From: a virus
Lineage: Duplodnaviria > Caudoviricetes
Length of the DNA: 64,000 nucleotides
Reading direction: 5' to 3' (one strand)
IMG/VR virus record: IMGVR_UViG_3300046694_000619
The notes below the pieces were generated by a model. That model saw only the letters and a list, made by a program, of their open reading frames with translations. It did no database searches and had not been told where the DNA came from. The position numbers and the translations under genes were made by a program. Below, one piece after another: positions 57,223 to 64,000 of the stretch. How positions within the stretch are numbered: position 1 is the first letter of the stretch; every line of letters begins with the position of its first letter.

Positions 57223-57251
57223 ACTATACTATCAAATGCGTATAAACGCAA
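57223..57251 (-). promoter_or_regulatory. sigma70-type promoter of the AAA-to-NadM operon
   Basis: TTGCGT-N17-TATAGT on the minus strand. Confidence 0.6.
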
Positions 57252-57385
57252 GTTACCTCTCAATATCGGTCCGCGTACGGTAGGTGTTTTGAGTGACGCA
57301 TACCGTCAAACGCAAACCTGTCAACCATCGCCTCTATACTGATTTGCAGCAATTTCGCTGTTAATAAATAGAGGAAACATTCATC

Positions 57386-59620
57386 ATGACCAACACTATC
57401 CAAAATACGTCGCTGGGCAAGCAAATGCTGTCCCAATCCAAGTTCTTCATGGGCTATTCCCGCTGGGTCGAAGGCAAAGGCGCCTACGAAACCTGGGCAG
57501 AATCCGTGGAACGTGTGATGTCGATGCACCGCGGCAAGTACGCTGACCGCATGACGCCGGAGCTCGAGGCCTTCATGGCCAAGGCTCAGGCGGCGTACGA
57601 CTCGCAGCTCGTTCTGGGCGCGCAACGCGCGCTGCAGTTCGGCGGAGAGCAGCTGCTGCGCCACGAAGCAAAGATGTACAACTGCTCGGTGTCGCACGCG
57701 GACCGCGCGGCTTTCTTCCAGGAAGCCATGTATCTGCTGTTGTGCGGCTGCGGTGTCGGCTTCTCGGTCCAGGAACGTCACGTTTCGAAGCTCCCGCGCA
57801 TTCAGGCGCGTTCGGCTGACAGCGCGAAGGTGTTCCAGGTGCCCGATAGCATCGAAGGCTGGGCTGACGCGTTCGGCGTGCTGTTGTCCTCGTACTTCGT
57901 GGACGGCGGTACGTTCCCGGAATTCAAGGGCACTCCGGTCCTCTTCGACTTCTCGAAGATTCGTCCGAAGGGCTCGCTGATTTCGGGCGGCTTCAAGGCG
58001 CCGGGCGCGGATGGTCTGCGCAATGCGCTCGTGAAATGCGAAACGCTCATCGAGCGTGCGCTGGCCGAAGGTCGCGACAACATGCGCGCTATCGTGGTCT
58101 ACGACTTCGTGATGCACATGTCGGATGCTGTTCTGTCGGGTGGTGTGCGCCGTTCGGCCACCATCTGCCTGTTCGACAAGTTCGATGACGAGATGCTGAA
58201 GGCGAAGACGGGTAACTGGTTCGTCGACAATCCGCAGCGCGGCCGTAGCAACAACTCGGTGGTGCTGAAGAAAGACGAACTGACCCGCGAAGAATGGGCC
58301 GCCATCATGCGCTCTGTGCGTGATTTCGGCGAACCCGGTTTCATCTTCGTGGACGACTTCGACTTCGCGTACAACCCATGCGTTGAAATCGGCATGCGTC
58401 CGATTTGCGTCGAAACCGGCGAGTCGGGTTTCCAGTTCTGCAATCTGACCGAGGGCAACGGCGCCAAGTGCACAACGAAGGAAATCTTCTTCGCGATGTG
58501 CGAGGCGAGCGCCATTCTCGGTACGCTGCAGGCTGGGTACACCAACTTCAAGTACCTGAGCGACGCCACGCGCCGCATCACGGAACGCGAGGCACTCATC
58601 GGCGTGTCCATCACGGGCTGGATGAACAATCCGCATATCCTGTTCGACGAAGAAATCCTGAAACAAGGGGCCGAAATCGTCAAGCGGGTGAACCGTGAAG
58701 TCGCCAAGCTGATTGGTACCCGTCCGGCCGCTCGTACGACCTGCGCCAAACCTTCGGGCAATGCGTCGGTTCTGCTGCAGACCGAGTCGGGTATCCACGG
58801 CGCGCACTCGGCGTTGTACTTCCGCAACGTGCAGATGAACGTCGAAGATGAAGTGGCCAAGCTGATTCAGGCCCTCAACCCGAAAATGGTTGAGAAGAGC
58901 GTCTGGAGCAGCAACGGCACCGACATCGTCGTGAGCTTCCCGGTCTTCACGAAGGAAGGTTCGATTTGCAAGGCGGACCTGATGGGCGTGAAGCAGCTGG
59001 AATACGTGAAGAAGGCGCAGCAGTTCTGGGTCGAAAACGGCACCAACGTCGAGCTGTGCGTGCATCCGAAGTTGCGCCACAACATCTCGAACACCATTTC
59101 GGTGGACGACTGGGATGAAGTGGAGCAGTACATCTTCGATAACCGCGAATGGTTCGCTGGCATTTCGCTGCTGTCGGCTTTTGGCGACAAGGCGTATGCA
59201 CAGGCTCCGTTCACGGAAGTGCAGACCGCAGAGGACATCCTGCGCCTGTACGGTGATGCCAGCATGTTTGCATCGGGACTGATTGTCGACGGCCTGGCCG
59301 CCTTCAACGGAAACCTGTGGATGGCCTGCGACACGGCAATGGGCAACGGCCAGGTGCTGTCGGACGAAGCAACCGACCTGCTCAAGCGTGACTGGGTTCG
59401 TCGATTCGCAAAGTTCGCGGAAAACTTCTTCGGTGGTGACGAGCTGAAGACGTCCTTCTGTGTGAAGGATTGCTACAACCTGCACAAGTGGGTAAGCATC
59501 CAGAAGACCATGAAGGAAATCGACTTCTCGGAAGCGCTGGCAAAGCGCGACTATGTCGATGTCGATACGCTCGCCTCGCAAGGTTGCGCTGGCGGTGCGT
59601 GCGAAATCAGCTTTGCGTGA
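57386..59620 (+). CDS. nrdJ: class II (B12-dependent) monomeric ribonucleotide reductase
   Basis: YNCS, GGVRRSA, NPCVEI, CNLTE, KPSG, C-terminal CAGGAC; no nrdB nearby. Confidence 0.88.
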   Translation: MTNTIQNTSLGKQMLSQSKFFMGYSRWVEGKGAYETWAESVERVMSMHRGKYADRMTPELEAFMAKAQAAYDSQLVLGAQRALQFGGEQLLRHEAKMYNCSVSHADRAAFFQEAMYLLLCGCGVGFSVQERHVSKLPRIQARSADSAKVFQVPDSIEGWADAFGVLLSSYFVDGGTFPEFKGTPVLFDFSKIRPKGSLISGGFKAPGADGLRNALVKCETLIERALAEGRDNMRAIVVYDFVMHMSDAVLSGGVRRSATICLFDKFDDEMLKAKTGNWFVDNPQRGRSNNSVVLKKDELTREEWAAIMRSVRDFGEPGFIFVDDFDFAYNPCVEIGMRPICVETGESGFQFCNLTEGNGAKCTTKEIFFAMCEASAILGTLQAGYTNFKYLSDATRRITEREALIGVSITGWMNNPHILFDEEILKQGAEIVKRVNREVAKLIGTRPAARTTCAKPSGNASVLLQTESGIHGAHSALYFRNVQMNVEDEVAKLIQALNPKMVEKSVWSSNGTDIVVSFPVFTKEGSICKADLMGVKQLEYVKKAQQFWVENGTNVELCVHPKLRHNISNTISVDDWDEVEQYIFDNREWFAGISLLSAFGDKAYAQAPFTEVQTAEDILRLYGDASMFASGLIVDGLAAFNGNLWMACDTAMGNGQVLSDEATDLLKRDWVRRFAKFAENFFGGDELKTSFCVKDCYNLHKWVSIQKTMKEIDFSEALAKRDYVDVDTLASQGCAGGACEISFA

Positions 59621-59678
59621 TTTCTGAAAGCGTGGGCTCTATCTAGTCCATTCTGACAGGTAAGCAAAACTCCTCAAC

Positions 59679-59712
59679 AAACCCTCCTTGCTTCGGCATT
59701 GGAGGGTTTTTT
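59679..59712 (+). terminator. intrinsic terminator
   Basis: AAACCCTCC...GGAGGGTTT followed by T tract. Confidence 0.85.
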
Positions 59713-59872
59713 ATTCGCAGAGCGTTTAGGTTGAGGGCGAAGACAGGGCGTCAAAAGCCTCCGCTTCGATTCAGATTGTGCTATCTTTTTCGGAACGGCA
59801 GTCACCCGTGCCCCCACCGGCGAACGTCGCTCAGCGACAGACATCTGCATCAAGCGAGTATTCGTCGTACGC

Positions 59873-59899
59873 AAATCCGCTTCGGGCGGTTTTTTCTTT
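59873..59899 (+). terminator. intrinsic terminator in the leader of 59936..60886
   Basis: CCGC-TTCGG-GCGG followed by T6. Confidence 0.65.
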
Positions 59900-59935
59900 G
59901 CGTATGGACGGTGGGACGTGCGCATGGAGAAGACA

Positions 59936-60886
59936 ATGTCCGAACCGATTGCTGTACATATCGACATCCCCCGCGTCAAGAAGAACGCCCGCCTGCTCGA
60001 AAAGTGGGTCGGGCTGCAGACTTCAACGTCCCAGGAACTCACGGCCAGAATGATGTCGGCGACCAGCTGGCAGAATCTACTCACCCTCGGCGTTTTCGTT
60101 CCCGACGATAGTCTGAGAGGCGCGGGCAATCTGGGCGTTTTCAAGCGTATCCACGAACAAGCCGACCTGCTTGCAGGTCGGCTCAATATTCCGGCCAGCA
60201 CTGCGACCAAACTCGCAGCGTTCTGGCAGCCAACTGCGCGACGCAGGTCCCCAGAGGTACTGTTCTCATTCCTCGAGGACATTAAAGCTTTACCGTCCGA
60301 TACGTCTTTGCCCGCATCATGGCTTAACCACGCCCCATCCGCGAAGGAACTTCTTAAGCTTGCCGCAGACTGTCCTGCTCTGGCACAGGACCAGGTTGAT
60401 GAGCCTATAAAGCAGCGGCCGGAAGCATTCTTTTCAATCGTGCGGGATGGACTCGCCTTCCATGGAATGGCCGACAGCGAGCTCTATCTGAGGGTGGACC
60501 GTTTGGGAAAGCGACCATCAATGAGCGACTATCTGGGCTATGTGTCGTTCGGCCCGGGGAGTATTGAGCCGGACGGAAACGGAGGGTTCATGCTGGCCAA
60601 ATACACAACTCAGGCGCGCGCAAAACTCGTAGGGCTCACAGAGCAATCTGCGCGGGAGGTGGCTCATTCTTTCGGATTCTCCGCGCCTGGCGGTTTGGGC
60701 GGATTCCTAGGGCACTCCGGCTTCTACGGAAGTCGAGCAGCTCTCGGACTCGCATCCTGGATTGCACGGCACCCGAGAAAAGCATCAAAGCTCTCTAGCG
60801 CTGCAAACCTGTATATGGGCGCCTGGCCCGAAAACACGATGGTTCGGCTCGAGTTTGAGCTCGTCCATGCAGGACTGCTGGTCTAA
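59936..60886 (+). CDS. hypothetical protein
   Basis: GGAG RBS; 316 aa; lower GC. Confidence 0.7.
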   Translation: MSEPIAVHIDIPRVKKNARLLEKWVGLQTSTSQELTARMMSATSWQNLLTLGVFVPDDSLRGAGNLGVFKRIHEQADLLAGRLNIPASTATKLAAFWQPTARRRSPEVLFSFLEDIKALPSDTSLPASWLNHAPSAKELLKLAADCPALAQDQVDEPIKQRPEAFFSIVRDGLAFHGMADSELYLRVDRLGKRPSMSDYLGYVSFGPGSIEPDGNGGFMLAKYTTQARAKLVGLTEQSAREVAHSFGFSAPGGLGGFLGHSGFYGSRAALGLASWIARHPRKASKLSSAANLYMGAWPENTMVRLEFELVHAGLLV

Positions 60887-60902
60887 CCGGGAGCACTTTC
60901 AA

Positions 60903-62072
60903 ATGGAACTGCTACTGAAGATAGTCCGAAAAATGGCCAGCCCGTGGCCTGTGGTCGTATGCAAGAGGGATAAGAGTGGGAAGGTGCTCAGAATCCAGAT
61001 GCAGGACGGGCTCTATTACGAAGCGGTGCCCGCCCGGATGTGGCTCGAACTGAAAAACGGGATGCTCAAGGAGGTGGCTCGAGCGGCGACGCGCGTTCAC
61101 GCGCAGGGCTTACGCTTTGGCTCTGCAGCATGGACAGGTGCTCAAGCGGACTATCCGCTCGTCGACGCCGCTGGCAATATCGTGGGAACGAGCAAGATTC
61201 GGCAGGTGCCTGAGGCTAGGGCGCACAAGCCCAAGACAAGAGACCCGTTGGTCTGGCACGACCGCCGCGTACGCCTGGCGCGCCAGGCCGCGAAGCAGGG
61301 CTACACAATGGTGACGGCGGAATGGCACGGCCAGCAAAAGAAATATGAGTTCGTTGATTCAGAGGGCGAAACAGTCTGGCTGACCGCTGCACAAATCCAA
61401 TCCGGCGAGCAAGCGAAATTGAGAGCGCTGGCGCGGACAGCGGCCGGTGTCGACCCGGGATACACGCTTGTCGCGGCCAAGTGGTACGGCGGCACTCGAA
61501 AATATGCGTGGCGCACCCCGGATGGCGAGCATATTTTCGAATCGCTGGATGCGTTGCGTCAGCGAAGTTGCCGTATCGGTATGCGTGTGCTTGATGAGCA
61601 AACAAGTCCATCGCCGTTGCGCGGCTGGCCACGGTTCAGGTGGACGTTGCCAGATTCATCGTGCATAGAATCGACGTGGCCCGAATTCGAGGCCGCACTC
61701 CGGAAGGTATTAGGGCAGCCAGCCACAGAACAGCCGCCGAAGTACATGCGCACCGGTTTTTCAGCGTCAGTCCGTCGCGAGCTTGTTGAGCAGGTTGCGA
61801 GCCAAAGTGCTGCTCCCGAGGACGGCAAGGGTGGCCACTTCGACGCCGACGACCAGCCCGGTATCGGTCAATCACCGGGCACGCTCTCAGCTATAACGCT
61901 CGCGGTTCGGCTAGCGATGCAACCCCGAAAAATTTTGAAGGGTGTCGAGAGTAATGCGCAACGAATACGCCAACAGACACTAACCGTAGCGCGAGGGCCA
62001 AAAGCGCGGCGTTATGCATGGCTTCACGGCCACGGGAAGCGAGGCAAGGGGATTGCGCAGCAAGGCCGCTAA
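60903..62072 (+). CDS. hypothetical protein with about four degenerate repeats
   Basis: GGGAG RBS; G[YL]T.V.A.W.G...KY....[DS].G repeats. Confidence 0.65.
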   Translation: MELLLKIVRKMASPWPVVVCKRDKSGKVLRIQMQDGLYYEAVPARMWLELKNGMLKEVARAATRVHAQGLRFGSAAWTGAQADYPLVDAAGNIVGTSKIRQVPEARAHKPKTRDPLVWHDRRVRLARQAAKQGYTMVTAEWHGQQKKYEFVDSEGETVWLTAAQIQSGEQAKLRALARTAAGVDPGYTLVAAKWYGGTRKYAWRTPDGEHIFESLDALRQRSCRIGMRVLDEQTSPSPLRGWPRFRWTLPDSSCIESTWPEFEAALRKVLGQPATEQPPKYMRTGFSASVRRELVEQVASQSAAPEDGKGGHFDADDQPGIGQSPGTLSAITLAVRLAMQPRKILKGVESNAQRIRQQTLTVARGPKARRYAWLHGHGKRGKGIAQQGR

Positions 62073-62256
62073 GACATCGACAGCCCCCTTGCGGGGCTGC
62101 GGCTCGAACACCGGCAGGTCGCCTTCCGTTCGACTCAAAGTTACAGTTATCCCTTGAAATACGCCAACTTTCTGCCTATGTTCCAAACTTCGAACCGTAA
62201 GATGATTGGGTACTATCTCGATATATCCTCAACTCGCACTACCAACAGGAGATTAA

Positions 62257-62805
62257 ATGGCGACTCTGGAAGCCATCCAGGCACGTATTCAGAAGCTTCA
62301 GGACCAGGCAGATGCTTTGCGCTCGAAGGCAAAGCAGTCGGTAATCGGCAAGATTCATGACCTGATGCTCAAGAATGACTTAACGCCGGAAGACATTGGC
62401 AATCCCATCCGGCGCGCATCAAAAGTCATCAAGACGGTCAAGGCGAAGAATGCTTCGGCCGGCGCCCACGCCAAAGGCAAACTGCCCGCGAAATACCTGA
62501 ACCCCAAGACGGGTGAAACGTGGAGTGGCCATGCCCGTCCGCCGGCATGGATTAAGAACGTCAAGGACCGCTCGAAGTTTCTCATCAACCAGGAAGAACT
62601 TCCCGCGTCGGCTCCTGCCTCAAAGACGCACCTGAAAGTCGTACCGAATGGCGCATCGAATGGTAAAGCGCGCAAGAAGGTGAGCGTCGCGCCGAAGTAT
62701 CGCGACCCGGAAAGCGGTGTAACCTGGACGGGCCGGGGCCTGGCACCGGTCTGGATTCGCGACGCCGAAGACCGTACGCCGTTCTTGATTAAGGAAGCAG
62801 CCTGA
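62257..62805 (+). CDS. H-NS family protein with two DNA-binding domains
   Basis: N-terminal coiled coil; KYLNPKTGETWSGHARPPAWI and KYRDPESGVTWTGRGLAPVWI. Confidence 0.92.
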   Translation: MATLEAIQARIQKLQDQADALRSKAKQSVIGKIHDLMLKNDLTPEDIGNPIRRASKVIKTVKAKNASAGAHAKGKLPAKYLNPKTGETWSGHARPPAWIKNVKDRSKFLINQEELPASAPASKTHLKVVPNGASNGKARKKVSVAPKYRDPESGVTWTGRGLAPVWIRDAEDRTPFLIKEAA

Positions 62806-62892
62806 ACGGTGCGCGCTCTATGCCGCTCACTGCGCGCATAGCAGGCGACAGTCTTTGCGTAAGGTCGGAATGGCCTCGAGCTAGCGGCCATG

Positions 62893-62922
62893 AAAAAGGA
62901 CTCCCGGAGAAGGGGAGTCCTT
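62893..62922. terminator. bidirectional terminator
   Basis: AAGGACTCCC...GGGAGTCCTT between convergent genes. Confidence 0.75.
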
Positions 62923-62938
62923 AGAGTTGCTACAGGAC

Positions 62939-63382
62939 TTACGCGGCTTGCGCGAACTCTTCGAACGAGCCGACCGTAAAACCCAATTGCACGAGTGTTT
63001 CGCGCAGGGTCCGCAGGCCCATCCCCGCATCCACGCTCTGAACAGACCCGCCGTTGAAGGCGACGTCCAGGCGATATTCCTCGAGCTGTTCGCTCCAGCG
63101 ACGCGTGAGCGTGACGTCTCCCAACGACGGCATCGGGCGCAGATAGGTGACAGGCTTGCTCTTCAGCAAGTCCGACACCGTGTAGCGCGATTCACCGCCT
63201 GCCTCGTTGATAAGGCGAACGCTGTTGAAGCCGAGCAGAATAAGCGCCGGAAGAACAGGGCTTTCCTGGTCTTCGACAACACGAAGGTCGACTACGCCGA
63301 GAACCGAATTGTCCAGCAGTACGGTCATGCGGTCCGACATCGGCGTGATGTCGTTCAACAAAATGCTCACTACGTTCTTCAT
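62939..63382 (-). CDS. hypothetical protein
   Basis: AGGAGG RBS; CTATAC 34 nt upstream. Confidence 0.7.
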   Translation of the reverse strand: MKNVVSILLNDITPMSDRMTVLLDNSVLGVVDLRVVEDQESPVLPALILLGFNSVRLINEAGGESRYTVSDLLKSKPVTYLRPMPSLGDVTLTRRWSEQLEEYRLDVAFNGGSVQSVDAGMGLRTLRETLVQLGFTVGSFEEFAQAA

Positions 63383-63464
63383 GGCTGTGTCCTCCTTGGT
63401 TGATAAGCCCATAGCCGTATAGCGCGATGCGCCGGCCGGGCATCAACGAGAAGGTCGTTTTGCG

Positions 63465-63806
63465 TCAGTCTGGACTCTCGACCAGTGAGCGTTTTTTTGC
63501 GTTGTGTTCGTGCAGCCAGGCAATGGCGTCTTCCGGCCTGCCGAGCTCTCCCGTCTCTCGGCGCCGCGCGGTCATCGCGGAGGCCTGCTTCCAGGTAATC
63601 GGAATAGCGCCGGCCGCCACGGCAAGCGTTTTCTTTGACATGCAGATGTCGTAGTGCCTGCGGGGTTTGCCGGGTTTCTGGTGCCACTTGCGTGCGACAC
63701 CGATGCGCGCCGCCATCGCGTGCAGCTCGTCATCATCGTCGGAAATCATGTGACACATCTTCATGCGGCCGTACTGTGCCTGCATGTCATCGACGTAGAC
63801 GGCCAT
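63465..63806 (-). CDS. DUF4031 family protein
   Basis: MAVYVDD...CHMISD...ELHAMA..IG...W.Q...HYDI. Confidence 0.85.
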   Translation of the reverse strand: MAVYVDDMQAQYGRMKMCHMISDDDDELHAMAARIGVARKWHQKPGKPRRHYDICMSKKTLAVAAGAIPITWKQASAMTARRRETGELGRPEDAIAWLHEHNAKKRSLVESPD

Positions 63807-63808
63807 GC

Positions 63809-64000
63809 TTACCAGCGCCGCGCGTATTGGCCAAACTTGCCCGTCCCTTCATCTGCGAAAAGGTCCACGAGCGGCAGAACTGTCGGCGCGCGCGCGTCAA
63901 TCACGACCGTCTGGCACAACACGTTGGCCATCGTCAGCTTGCCAGGGGCGATGCCCTTTTCGCCGAATACCGCACCCGTGTCGATGAAATAGCAGTTGCC
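63809..64000 (-). CDS. PPP-family metallophosphoesterase, C-terminal part (runs off the window)
   Basis: Minus frame reads GNCYFIDTGAVFG..GKLT, matching lambda NinI/PrpA-type phosphatases. Confidence 0.7.
   Translation of the reverse strand, partial: GNCYFIDTGAVFGEKGIAPGKLTMANVLCQTVVIDARAPTVLPLVDLFADEGTGKFGQYARRW

Noticed and set aside
22620-57229. Other CTATAC copies (22620, 25342, 26048, 57224)
   Set aside because: Excluded from the motif set: 25342 is inside a CDS, 26048 and 57224 are part of sigma70-type -10 boxes, and 22620 is over 100 nt from the next start.
57260-57385. Cobalamin riboswitch upstream of nrdJ
   Set aside because: The leader is short and no B12-box was seen.
57260-59581. 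773-aa minus-strand ORF
   Set aside because: Antisense shadow of nrdJ caused by GC-rich codon bias; no motifs of its own.
1-64000. CRISPR array, tRNA or rRNA genes
   Set aside because: No regularly spaced repeat-spacer array, cloverleaf or rRNA-like segment was seen by eye; tRNAscan-SE would be the formal check.
1-64000. Prophage call
   Set aside because: Many phage-like accessory genes, but no terminase, capsid, tail or integrase in this window. A jumbo phage or phage-plasmid cannot be excluded from 64 kb alone.

Overview
A GC-rich, gene-dense window that reads as part of a large extrachromosomal element (most likely a Burkholderiales-type megaplasmid with many phage-like small genes), not a chromosomal core region. 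I saw no rRNA, tRNA, CRISPR array, integrase, transposase or virion gene. Recognisable genes: NADAR, a truncated Toprim/topoisomerase IA-like protein next to a Sir2 deacylase, DUF6884, AlkB, Rnl2-type RNA ligase, PfkB nucleoside kinase, BtpA-like protein, MCP, HDOD protein, ClpP, RNase R, lytic transglycosylase, HU, TorF-like porin, a NarX/NarL-type two-component pair, RuvB, a PemK-like protein, an ART-fold protein, DUF1643, an AAA ATPase, a monomeric class II RNR (NrdJ), a two-headed H-NS, DUF4031 and a partial PPP phosphatase. Top observations: (1) the hexamer CTATAC lies on the coding strand upstream of 22 gene starts, 19 of them at 26-46 nt, and is separate from a class of sigma70 extended -10 promoters, suggesting an element-specific promoter class; (2) a coupled MazG-like / minimal class II aaRS-like / Nudix-less NadM trio, a candidate undescribed nucleotide or NAD pathway; (3) three dispersed secreted Ig-repeat proteins with an invariant mature N-terminus (SxY[YF]VVVPVPxRT) and different C-terminal heads; (4) a repeat-rich zone at 47.8-48.6 kb with a long interrupted palindrome and Tn7 TnsB-like sites bracketing a small ORF. 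All family calls come from motif recognition by eye; no database search was run.
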